A stretch of DNA of 64,000 nucleotides from Dehalococcoidia bacterium (GTDB lineage: Bacteria; Chloroflexota; Dehalococcoidia; UBA2979). The stretch is from contig OZ253555.1 of NCBI GenBank assembly GCA_965262725.1, forward strand, positions 3,008,001 through 3,072,000. Direction: 5' to 3'. How positions within the stretch are numbered: position 1 is the stretch's first letter; each line of letters starts with the position of its first letter. Of the stretch, positions 52,080 through 61,482 are shown one piece after another. The notes beneath the pieces are model-generated. The model did not search any database and was not told the DNA's origin. It worked only from the letters and a program-made list of their open reading frames with translations. A program made the position numbers and the translations under genes.

Positions 52080-53150
52080 GTGGATAGAGCCGCCCCGGAT
52101 GACGCGGGGCCGAGTGCGGGAGCAGCGCCGCGCGGCATCGTTGCGCTCGCCGCCGAGATGACGGGGCGGATCCCGGATCTCGCCGCGGTCAGTTTCGGCG
52201 TGTGGCTCGTCGCGTTCTTCGTCTCGGTGGTGACCGTCGGATTCGTCAGTGCGGCGATCTGGGGAACGGCGATGGACTTCCCCGTGGCCTGGGGGCGGCC
52301 GATCGGCCTCCGCGTCGACGCTTTCGTCGACTGGATGACCGACAACATGGACTGGCTCTTCGACGGATTCAGCAACGCCGTGCTGCACCTCCTCGTCTGG
52401 ATCGAAGACTTCCTCGTCTGGATGCCCTGGCCCGCCACGGTGCTGGCCGTCTGCCTGCTGTCGTGGAGGGCCTCGGGGCTCGCGCTCGCGGCCTTCTCCG
52501 GCGCCGCGCTCCTCGCCATCGGGTTCATGGGCCGGCTCCCCGACAATCCGGACAGCCTCTGGGGGGCCTCGATGGAGACGCTTGCCCTCATCATAGTCTC
52601 GGTCCTCATCTCACTGGTCATGGGAATCCCCGCCGGCATACTGGGCGCCCAGAGCCGGTGGGTGGACAACATCAGCCGGCCCCTCCTCGACGGCGCTCAG
52701 ACGATGCCGAGCTTCGTCTACCTCGTGCCCGCCCTGCTCTTCTTCGGCTTGGGTACCGTTCCCGCCGTCGTGGCCACCGTCATCTACGCGGTGCCCCCGG
52801 TCATTCGTTTGACCAACCTTGGTATCCGGCAGGTCGCGCCCGAGACCGTCGAGGCGGCCCGCTCGTTCGGAGCCACCACCATGCAGCTCCTGGTGAAGGT
52901 CCAGTTCCCTATGGCGACGCCAACGATCATGGCCGGCGTGAACCAGACGACGATGCTCGCGCTCTCGATGGTCGTGATCGCCTCCCTCGTCGGGGCCGGC
53001 GGCCTCGGCGAGACGGTGCTCCGGGCACTCGGCCGCCAGGAGCCCGGCAACGCCCTGATAGGCGGGCTCGCGATCATCATCCTCGCGATCATCACCGACC
53101 GCATCACGCAGGCCCTGGGCAAGGCGAGGGAGGCGGCATTGTCCGGATAG
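52080..53150 (+). CDS. proW: Glycine betaine/proline ABC transporter permease
   Basis: LDGAQTMPSFVYLVP, EAARSFG, IMAGVNQTTMLALSMVVIASLVGAGGLG. Confidence 0.92.
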   Translation: MDRAAPDDAGPSAGAAPRGIVALAAEMTGRIPDLAAVSFGVWLVAFFVSVVTVGFVSAAIWGTAMDFPVAWGRPIGLRVDAFVDWMTDNMDWLFDGFSNAVLHLLVWIEDFLVWMPWPATVLAVCLLSWRASGLALAAFSGAALLAIGFMGRLPDNPDSLWGASMETLALIIVSVLISLVMGIPAGILGAQSRWVDNISRPLLDGAQTMPSFVYLVPALLFFGLGTVPAVVATVIYAVPPVIRLTNLGIRQVAPETVEAARSFGATTMQLLVKVQFPMATPTIMAGVNQTTMLALSMVVIASLVGAGGLGETVLRALGRQEPGNALIGGLAIIILAIITDRITQALGKAREAALSG

Positions 53151-53309
53151 GTTAACCTTGGCCGGAGCATGCCCGTCGGCGCGTGGTCCGACGTGGAGGA
53201 CGGAGAGTCGATCACCGACGATGACATGAGATTGGAGCGACGTACGGAACTTGAAAGATCCTGCTTTGTTAGCCATCTTCGGCAACATAATCTGATTGGA
53301 GACTTGTGG

Positions 53310-54350
53310 ATGTTTAGATCACGCATGATACGCGTAATGTTTGCGCTGGTCGCGCTACTTGCCGTATCGCTTTTCGCAACGTCGTGCGGTGACGACGAGA
53401 CCACGGACGCACCAGCGGGCGATGCCGTGGCGGAGGTTGTCGACAAGCCAACGATCGTTTTCTCGGACCTGAACTGGACGAGTGCCCAAGTCCAGAACAG
53501 GATAGCGCAGTTCATCGTTGAGAACGGCTACGGGTACGAGACCGACGCCATCCTCGGCGGAACGCTGCCGAACTTCCAGGGCCTGCTCAAGGGGGACATC
53601 CACGTCACGATGGAGATCTGGCTCCCCAACCAGAACGAGCAGTGGGACCCGGCCGTGGCCAACGGCCAGGTGGTCTCGATTGGCAAGAGCCTGGGTGAGG
53701 ACTGGCAAAGCGCCTTCGTCATCCCCCGTTACGTCGCCGACCAGTACCCCGGCCTCAAGTCCGTCGAGGACTTGAAGAACGACGAGTTCAAGTCCCTCTT
53801 CGCCACCATCGACTCGGGCGGCAAGGCTCGCATCGTGGGGTGCGTGGTGGGCTGGTCCTGCGAGGTTGTGAACCTCGCCCAGTACGAGGCGTACGGTCTC
53901 GGCGATCACGTGGAGGTGGTGAGCCCGGGCTCGCAGGAGGCGCTCTTCGCGGATCTGCAGGGCCGCTACGATGACCAGGAGCCGTGGCTCGGCTACATGT
54001 GGGGCACGGCCGACCCCGCGCTGGTGCTCGACCTGGTCCGCCTGGACGAGCCTCCTTACTCCGATGAGTGCTGGTTCACCACCAAGGCGTGCGGTTACAA
54101 GGACGCGACGATCCTGATCGCCGTCCACCCAACCGTGGTCACAGACGCTCCGGACGTAGTCGAGTTCCTCCGCAACTGGGGTTTCAACATCGACGTCTAC
54201 CGGGGCGTCGCCCAGTACATCGCCGAGAACCCCGGCATCGAGGCGCAGGACGCGGCCGTCTGGTTCCTCAAGAACAACGAGGCCGTCTGGTCGACCTGGG
54301 TTCCCGCCGACATCGCCGAGAAGGTGATGGAGGCCCTGGCGGAGGCCTAG
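53310..54350 (+). CDS. proX: Glycine betaine ABC transporter substrate-binding lipoprotein
   Basis: FATSC lipobox, NWTS, GDIHVTMEIWLP, GCVVGWSC, YMWG, APDVVEFL. Confidence 0.88.
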   Translation: MFRSRMIRVMFALVALLAVSLFATSCGDDETTDAPAGDAVAEVVDKPTIVFSDLNWTSAQVQNRIAQFIVENGYGYETDAILGGTLPNFQGLLKGDIHVTMEIWLPNQNEQWDPAVANGQVVSIGKSLGEDWQSAFVIPRYVADQYPGLKSVEDLKNDEFKSLFATIDSGGKARIVGCVVGWSCEVVNLAQYEAYGLGDHVEVVSPGSQEALFADLQGRYDDQEPWLGYMWGTADPALVLDLVRLDEPPYSDECWFTTKACGYKDATILIAVHPTVVTDAPDVVEFLRNWGFNIDVYRGVAQYIAENPGIEAQDAAVWFLKNNEAVWSTWVPADIAEKVMEALAEA

Positions 54351-55113
54351 GGTAAGGAGCCGACAGTCGGGCGCCCTATCGCGCCGGTCGCGCCAGCGAC
54401 CCGAGCGAGGCGCCCGGCACAGCACACCGCGGCGGCCGGCGATTCCGTTGGGCAGGTCCTGCCCACGGGTCGCCGGCGGTCGTGTTGGGCCGCAGCGGGG
54501 GCGGATCCCCTGCTCCCACAGGAGGCGAGGGCCGTAGGCGTGCCGCCGTGGGGGGGTGGGCGTACGCGCCCTGCGCACCTCGCCCGCGGCAGGCGTCGGG
54601 CGCCTGCATCGACGTTGAGGGCAGGCGGCCGGCGCCCGCCCCCTAGCTAGACCGCCACACGCAAATGATGCGAGGATCGCCGTCATTGCGCTCGTCCTCG
54701 GCTCACACTGTCGGTGGAGACGGGGCGCGCCCGCGCGTGCTCACGCGCGATGGCGGCTCCCGGTGAGGCGCAGGCTGACATGGTCTTCTCCGGGACCGTC
54801 GTCCGGGACGGCCGCCCGGGCACGGTCGTCTAGCGGGAGAACGAACACCATTTCGGTCCTCACCCAGTTCGACGTCACAGACTGGTGCAAGTGGTCACGG
54901 CTCGAGACGATCGTCACCGAGCAGACAGGGGCAGTCGGCCGTTCGTGCCGCCCACATCAATCCGAGTTCGGTAGATGTCGCATACGCCTATGGAGGTCAC
55001 GGGGCACCCTCCGGCAAGGCCTCCTGACCCGCCCCCGAGGCCTCCTACCAGGGGGGGTCCCTATCTTCTCTGTCAAGGGCCTCGAGGTTGTGAGTCGAGG
55101 TGGCCGGAGGCCA

Positions 55114-56328
55114 TCAGGCAGCTGCCGCGTTGTGGCGAGATTGCGTGGCTCGGTAGGGCTGGCGCAAGCGAAGCATGGCCAAGATGACGTCGCAGCGCCG
55201 GCGCGCGAGGCAGATGACGGCGGCGTTGTGTTTCTTCCCCTCGGCCCGCTTCCGGTCGTAGAAGGCCCTCGATGCGGGATCGCGCAGCGAGGCGAAGGTC
55301 GCCAGGAACATCGCGTTCTTGAGGCGGTGGTTCCCGCGCCGGCTGCGCGCTTCGCCGCGGAGACTCGACCCGGACTGGCGGGTCACCGGAGCGAGGCCGG
55401 CGTAGCTCGAGAGCCTCGATCCGTTCGCGAACCGGGCGCCGTCGCCGATCTCAGCGAGGATCCTCGACCCGGCCCGGGGGCCGATGCCCGGGAGCGTGCC
55501 GAGGATGCGTCCGAAAGGGTGTGCCTCGAAGAGCTCCTCGATGTCGGCCGCGAGCCGCTTCCGTCGCTCCAGCGTGCGGTCGAGTTCGACAACGACCTCG
55601 GAGATCACGCGCCCCATCACGGCCTCGACCGGCACGACGACGCTCTGAGCTCCGAGCGCCTGCGTCACGGCGACGGTGAGGGCCTTCGCCAGCCGCGGCG
55701 AGCGCTTCCGGATCGTGCTCTCGATGCGGCCGCGGCCGGCCTTCGCCAGTGCCTGGGGAGCCGGGTAGCGTGCCAGGAGATCCCGGACGCCCGGATGGTG
55801 CAGCCTCGGGCCCAGAACGCGTTCCAGCGCCGGGGAGATGCCCGTGAGCGCGTCCCGGAGCCGGTTCGACAGCCGTGTGGCGTCCGTGGCGAGGTCGGCG
55901 TCGTAGCCGTTCAGGACGCGGAGCTGCGCGAGCAGCTCGTCGTTGCCGGCGTCGAGCCAGTGCACCTGGTGGCGCCGGATGCGGCCGGTGTCGGCGAGGA
56001 CGAAGGCGTCGCGACGGTCGGTCTTGGCCTCGCCCGGGTAGAGGTCGGCGGCGCGGCGCATTATCAGGCCGGGCACCTACGCCACCGGCACACCGAGGCG
56101 CGCAGCGACGGCGAGCACGAGGCTGGCGAGCGAGCCGGGCTGGTCGACGACCAGGGCAGGGGCACCCAGGGCCTGGGCACGGCCGAGGAGCGTCTCGATG
56201 TCGGCCTCGTCGTTGGCCACGGCGCCGGCGAACAGCGACTCGCCCGCGGCGTCCAGCGCGTCAGCGAAATGTTCTGCCTTGCCGATGTCGAGGCCGATCC
56301 ACACGTCGATGTCATCGGGCGTTCCCAC
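55114..56328 (-). pseudogene. IS110 DEDD recombinase with an in-frame TAG at 56079..56077
   Basis: GAGGAG RBS then GTG; IGLDIGK, VVDQP, VA*VPGLIMRR, KTDRRDA, LPGIG, YAGLAPVTRQSGSS, GNHRLK, LARRR all in one frame. Confidence 0.9.
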
Positions 56329-56561
56329 TGCGGCTCCTCTCGGGTGCTTCGTCCACTCGTCCGGAAGGCCGCAGGTGCGCGCGCCGTCATCCACCTTACG
56401 AATCAGCGATCAGCTCGCATGTCCCTATCAGAGGTTCACGCACCGAGCAGTGCCGGTGGCAACACCCCCCAGGCCGTCAAGCGACAAGGGGCACTGAGCC
56501 ATGCCGGCACTGCCGGACTCCCGGCCCGGGAAGCTACCCAGGCCGCAGAAAGAAGGTAAGG
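56329..56561 (-). ncRNA. Predicted bridge/seek RNA region in the IS110 non-coding left end
   Basis: Internal GATAGGGAC (56429..56421) matches the right end; GTAAGG (56399..56394) is complementary to the left-end CCTTAC. Confidence 0.7.
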
Positions 56562-57023
56562 GGGTCGTAGGCCCCCGTACCCGGACGCGACCACTCAAGC
56601 GAGAGCGCAGGACGACCTCGATGCGCTGCCTGAGCCGAAGCACGACCTGCCCGTGCCCGGCTGGTTGATCGGTTCGCTCGCAGCGGGCAGCTCCGCGTTG
56701 GCCGCAGCAGGACTGGTGGCCATCCGCCGCCGGCACTACTGGAGCACGAGTCCCTGATGCGGCCGGCTCCGGCGGCTATTGCACTGGCGCCCCCGCGGCC
56801 CGGCCGGTGTCGCTCGCAGCCGATGGGGCGCCGTCAATGCTGCCGCTCGCCGTCGCGCTTCTCGAGGGCGTCTTCTTGGGCCACTCCGCGGGGCGAGCTG
56901 GCAGCGGCCACAGGCCGCTCGCTGCCGCCCGTGTGGGGCCCAGGTCGCCGCTATGCGGGGATTCCGCCACGGCCCCCCCGGGCGACTTCGCCCCGGGCGC
57001 CGCGATGCGGAACTCACGTGAAG

Positions 57024-57057
57024 CGAGGGGGGAGCGCCCGCGGGCGCTCCCCCCTCG
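57024..57057 (-). terminator. Perfect 34-bp palindrome, probable terminator of the amino-acid-binding protein gene
   Basis: CGAGGGGGGAGCGCCCG/CGGGCGCTCCCCCCTCG, 37 nt after the stop at 57095. Confidence 0.6.
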
Positions 57058-57094
57058 TATCGGTCGGTGCGTGCGCACCGTACTCCGCTAGAGG

Positions 57095-58192
57095 CTAGCG
57101 GTACGGCATCGCGTAGAGGATGCCCCCGCTACCGGGCGGGCACCCACTCTTGTCCTCGGTGTAGAGGGCGTTCAGCGTGCACGCGCGATCGATCCCCACC
57201 GGCACGATCGTGCGGTCGTAGATCTCGCCGTAGTTCCCCACCGCCGCGAGCGCCCGCTGCAGGAACTGCGGGTCCACCGCGAAGCCCAGGTCCGCAACCT
57301 CACCGCCGCCAAACGAGACGCCCAGCAGACGCGCCACTGCCGTGCTCGGCGGGTTCGCCGCCTGCTGCGCCACGTTGCCCGACGTCACCCCGAGCTCCTC
57401 GGCGAAGATCAGGCCGTACACGACCCAGTTCACCACGTCCTTCCACTCGCTGTCGTAGTCGCGCACGCCCGGCGCGAGTGGCTCCTTCGAAATGATCTGG
57501 CCCAGCACCCGGTACGCCGACGGGTCGTCGAACGCCGAGATCCGCGATGCCAGGTTGCTCTGGTCCGCCGTCCACACGTCGCAGCGACCCGCCACGAATG
57601 CGTCCTGCGTCTCCGCGTCCTCACCGCCGAGAGGCGTGTAATCAAGACCCAGCTCCGCGAAGTGGTCAGACAGGTTCTGCTCCGTCGTCGTCCCCGACTG
57701 CACGCAGATCGTCGCCCCGCCCATGTCCAACGTGGACTGGATGTCGGAGTCCCCCTGCACCGCGAAGCCCTGGCCCGTGAAGAACGTCGTCTGCGCGAAG
57801 TCCACCGCGCGAGACGCATCGCGCTCTGCCGTCACCGTCGTGGTGCGGATGAGCACGTCGATCTCCTCCGACGCCAGAAGCTCGAAGCGCGTCGCCGCGT
57901 TCGAGGCGTCCACGAAGTTGACCTTGCTCGCGTCGCCCAGAACCGCCGCCGCCAGCGCCTTGCAGAACTCGACGTCGAACCCGACCACGCTGCCGTCCGG
58001 CTTCTTGAAGCCGAAGCCCGGCTGCGTCTGCTTCACGCCGCAGTTCAGCTCGTCGCGGTCCTCGATGGTCTGCACCGTGTTCCCGCGCTCGCTCGCCCCT
58101 TCACCGCCGTCGTCGTCCCCGCCGCACGAGACGGCGACGAGCGACACCACCGCCACCAGCACGGCAGCGGCCACACCAAGACGTATCCTCAT
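57095..58192 (-). CDS. General L-amino acid ABC transporter substrate-binding lipoprotein (AapJ/BztA-like)
   Basis: AVSC lipobox, GFDVEFCKALAAA, ICVQSGTTTE, ISKEPLAP, VGNYGEIY. Confidence 0.9.
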   Translation of the reverse strand: MRIRLGVAAAVLVAVVSLVAVSCGGDDDGGEGASERGNTVQTIEDRDELNCGVKQTQPGFGFKKPDGSVVGFDVEFCKALAAAVLGDASKVNFVDASNAATRFELLASEEIDVLIRTTTVTAERDASRAVDFAQTTFFTGQGFAVQGDSDIQSTLDMGGATICVQSGTTTEQNLSDHFAELGLDYTPLGGEDAETQDAFVAGRCDVWTADQSNLASRISAFDDPSAYRVLGQIISKEPLAPGVRDYDSEWKDVVNWVVYGLIFAEELGVTSGNVAQQAANPPSTAVARLLGVSFGGGEVADLGFAVDPQFLQRALAAVGNYGEIYDRTIVPVGIDRACTLNALYTEDKSGCPPGSGGILYAMPYR

Positions 58193-58337
58193 ATTCGCTC
58201 CCCCACCTCATCGCCCCCGCACGCTGCAGGGATCGACATCCACCAGGCCCAGAAAGACTACCCGCACACGGCGGCCGCGGCTACTACACCACGCCCTTCG
58301 CGCGGCCACGGGACAGTGGACCGGGACTGCCCGCGCC

Positions 58338-59609
58338 TCAGAGCGGGCGATCCGCGGCCCCGAGCACCGCTCCGAGGGTGCCAGAACTCTGGGGCAGCGG
58401 CGTCTCGCGTGCCCCCGCGGGCGGGCGCGCCTGCCAGATGATGGCGGCGCCCAGCACGAAGAGCGCCGCCACCGTGGCGAAGGCCGGCAGGTAGGAGCCG
58501 GTCGCGTCAAAGGAGATGCCGACCAGCGGCGGGCCGACGAGGTGAGCACCGAGCGTGAAGAAGTTGACGAGGCCGAAGATCGTCCCGAAGGCCCTCAGGC
58601 CGAACGTGTCCTGCACGAGCAGCGGCATGAGCGCGCCGAGCGCGCCGAAACCGAGCCCGAAGATCGGTGCGAATGCCCAGAACACACGTGAGGAGCCGGC
58701 CACGACCAGGATCGCGATGCCCGCCACCTGGCAGGCCAGGCTCAGCCCCACCACGTAGCGGGACGGCGCCCGCTCCGTCAGCCAACCGAAGCTCACCTTC
58801 CCGATGGCGCCGAAGAGTGCGAGCAGCGAGAGTGCGGCCGCCGCCTCACCGCGGCCGACCCCGACGTCCTCCAGGTGCGGCACGACCTGCGTGAGCACCG
58901 AAAGATAGGTGAGCTGCGCGAGGAAGAGCCCGAGCACGATGAGGTAGAAGGCGCGGGTCCTGAGCGCCTGGTGCGTGGTCAGTCCGCGGAGCAGGGCGTG
59001 CGGCGAGCGCTCGGCGGCAGGGCGATCGCCTGCGGCCTCCGGTGGTGCCTCCCGGATCACGAGCAGCGCGACCGGGACCAGCGCCAGGAAGAGCAGACCG
59101 AAGAGGAAGTAGCTCGCGCGCCACCCGATCGAGACGATCAGAGCCGCCGACAGCGAGGAGAAGAAGATGCCACCGACGTTCGCCCCCATCGCCGTCATCC
59201 CCATCGCGCGGCCGCGCGCGCCGGCGAACCAGATGGCGACGAGCCGCCCTACCGGGATCATCACGACGCCCGGAAGCCCGGCGAACTGCAGAAGGGAGAG
59301 CGCGTAGAGGTGCCAGACCTCGCTCATCCACGGCCGCAGGAGCTGGCTCACACCGAGCGCCACAAGCGAGGCCGCGATGACCGGCCGCGTGCCCCAGCGA
59401 TCGACCGCCCACCCGACCACCGGGGCGGCGAGACCGGCGATCGCGAAGGTCGAGAGCGAGCCGTTGATCGCGGTGCGGCTCCAGCCGAGGTCCGCCTCGA
59501 GCTCCGTCACGAAGACGCCGAAGGCGTACTGAGTGACGCCGATCGTGAGCACGAAGCCCCAGAAGAGTACCGCGCCAATCGCCCACCCGTAGTGGAGCCT
59601 CGCCTGCAT
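58338..59609 (-). CDS. MFS transporter (OFA/MCT-like)
   Basis: HYGW, DLGWSR, GWAVDRWGTR, WFAGARGRAMG, FGLRAFGTIFG, FDATGSY. Confidence 0.9.
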   Translation of the reverse strand: MQARLHYGWAIGAVLFWGFVLTIGVTQYAFGVFVTELEADLGWSRTAINGSLSTFAIAGLAAPVVGWAVDRWGTRPVIAASLVALGVSQLLRPWMSEVWHLYALSLLQFAGLPGVVMIPVGRLVAIWFAGARGRAMGMTAMGANVGGIFFSSLSAALIVSIGWRASYFLFGLLFLALVPVALLVIREAPPEAAGDRPAAERSPHALLRGLTTHQALRTRAFYLIVLGLFLAQLTYLSVLTQVVPHLEDVGVGRGEAAAALSLLALFGAIGKVSFGWLTERAPSRYVVGLSLACQVAGIAILVVAGSSRVFWAFAPIFGLGFGALGALMPLLVQDTFGLRAFGTIFGLVNFFTLGAHLVGPPLVGISFDATGSYLPAFATVAALFVLGAAIIWQARPPAGARETPLPQSSGTLGAVLGAADRPL

Positions 59610-59810
59610 CCGAGCGGCCGTCCTCGTTCCTCTGCTCGGCCTCACTCGAATCCGGCCGTGGGTCGCGCAGCGTACCCATCGCGTCTCGCGCGCTGGGGCC
59701 AGTCTCTCGCCCCGCGGCGGGAGGGCGGCCCGGCGGGAGTCCGCCCGCGATCCGGGGAGGCACAGGCCTCCACACCCTACGGTACCGCCGGAGAAGGGCA
59801 GGCACACCGC

Positions 59811-61136
59811 ATGAGACGCGCCCTTCTCCTGGCGGCGGCTGTGTTCGGGACGCTCGCCGGTGGCTGTGGCAACGGCGGGACGGTCGAGCGGCCCGCGGTC
59901 GCGACGCCGGAGACGGCCCCGGCCGTCTCACCGACCGCGAACCACACAGCCGGACCGGCGGCCACCCTGACGGCCGAGAGCCCCGCGAGCGCCACTCCGA
60001 CCGCGAGCTCACCGGCCGCCTCGCCGACGGCGGACCCGACCGCCAGCCTGACGCCGGACACCGCACAGGGCGCGGCACGGACGCCGGCGTCCGTGGCCTT
60101 CGTCGAGGCGCTCTCGGGACGGCGCTTCGACCGGCCCACCGATGCGACGGCCTACCCGGACGGACGCGTGCTCATCGCCGAGCAGTCGGGCCTCGCGCTT
60201 CTGCTCGACCCGACCAGCGGCGAGGGGCAGGTCTTCTTCGACCTCACCCGGCAGGTCAGCCGGGGGGGCAACGAGGAGGGGCTGCTCGCGCTCGCCCTCG
60301 ACCCCGGCTTCGACGCCACCGGCCGGATCTACGCCTACTACTCCGTGAGGGGCGGGGAGCGCCGCACGCGGCTCTCCCGCTTCACCGCGGCCGACGGCGT
60401 CGCCGAGCCGGGGAGCGAACTCGTGATTCTCGAGGTCGCGCAGCCCTTCTCCAACCACAACGGTGGCGCCGTCCGCTTCGGCCCCGACGGCATGCTCTAT
60501 CTCGGGCTGGGCGACGGGGGCTCCGCCGGGGATCCCGCCGGTAACGCCCAGGACCTCGGCACGCTTCTCGGCTCGATCCTCCGGATCGACGTGCGCGCGG
60601 CGAGCGCGACGGAGAGGTACCGCGTCCCCGACGACAACCCCTTCGTCGGCGTCCTGGGCGCGCGTCCGGAGATCTGGGCGTACGGTCTCCGCAACCCGTG
60701 GCGGATGGCCTTCGACCCCCAAGGCGGGGAGCTCTGGGTCGGTGACGTGGGACAGAACCGGATCGAGGAGGTCGACCTGGTGGTGCGCGGCGGCAACTAC
60801 GGTTGGAACCGCCTCGAGGGGGACGACTGCTACCAGCCCCCCTCCGGCTGCGACCGGGAGGGCACGGAGCCGCCCGTCGCCGCCTACGACCACCGGGAGG
60901 GCTGCTCGATCACTGGCGGCGTCGTCTACCGCGGCCGGGCGGTGCCGGAGCTGGATGGGGCGTATCTGTTTGGTGACTTCTGCAGCGGGCGCGTCTGGGC
61001 GATGGACGCCTCGGGCGGGGCTCCTGCCGTCCCCGTCGCCGACACCGGCGCCTCTATCGCCTCCTTCGCGCAGATCGGGGAGGAGCTCTGGGTTCTGCGC
61101 TTCGGCGGCCCCGTGCTGCGGGCGGTGAGCCGGTGA
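59811..61136 (+). CDS. PQQ-dependent sugar dehydrogenase (GSDH/Asd-like) lipoprotein with a Pro/Thr/Ala linker
   Basis: AGGC lipobox, EEGLL, NHNGG, FGPDGMLYLGLGDGG, GLRNPWR, DVGQ, GNYGW. Confidence 0.9.
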   Translation: MRRALLLAAAVFGTLAGGCGNGGTVERPAVATPETAPAVSPTANHTAGPAATLTAESPASATPTASSPAASPTADPTASLTPDTAQGAARTPASVAFVEALSGRRFDRPTDATAYPDGRVLIAEQSGLALLLDPTSGEGQVFFDLTRQVSRGGNEEGLLALALDPGFDATGRIYAYYSVRGGERRTRLSRFTAADGVAEPGSELVILEVAQPFSNHNGGAVRFGPDGMLYLGLGDGGSAGDPAGNAQDLGTLLGSILRIDVRAASATERYRVPDDNPFVGVLGARPEIWAYGLRNPWRMAFDPQGGELWVGDVGQNRIEEVDLVVRGGNYGWNRLEGDDCYQPPSGCDREGTEPPVAAYDHREGCSITGGVVYRGRAVPELDGAYLFGDFCSGRVWAMDASGGAPAVPVADTGASIASFAQIGEELWVLRFGGPVLRAVSR

Positions 61137-61318
61137 GCGCGCCGACCCTCGGCCTGGTCGCGCTCTTCCTCCTCTACCTGGCGCTCGTGAGCCGGCAGAT
61201 GCGACGGGCGCTCGCGACGGCCGAGCCACGCGCGCGCCTCGTCGCGGCTAGGCGGCTGCTGCTGCTGGTCACGCTGGGCGTGCCGCTCGCCGTCGCCTTC
61301 ATCCTGCTCGCCGGATAG
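61133..61318 (+). CDS. Small two-TM membrane protein
   Basis: GTGA overlap with the upstream gene; two hydrophobic helices. Confidence 0.5.
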   Translation: MSAPTLGLVALFLLYLALVSRQMRRALATAEPRARLVAARRLLLLVTLGVPLAVAFILLAG

Positions 61319-61482
61319 GGGCCGGGAGCAGGGCGCCCCGCCCGCCTCGCCTCCTGTGCGCGTTGACGCTCTCGCGCGGCCGCCGGGATACTGGCTCAGC
61401 ACCCACAAGCCGCACGCGCCGACATCGTCCCCGGGCGGCGCCCGGGGCGCGGTGCGCGCGGGGACGGCGTCGAGGAGGGCCC

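Larger units (their letters stand above)
55057..56561 (-). mobile_element. IS110-family (IS900/IS116-like) insertion sequence; ends uncertain by a few nt within C-runs
   Basis: Left end CCTTACCTTC; right end TTGACAGAGAAGATAGGGAC; no terminal inverted repeats; contains a DEDD recombinase gene. Confidence 0.88.
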
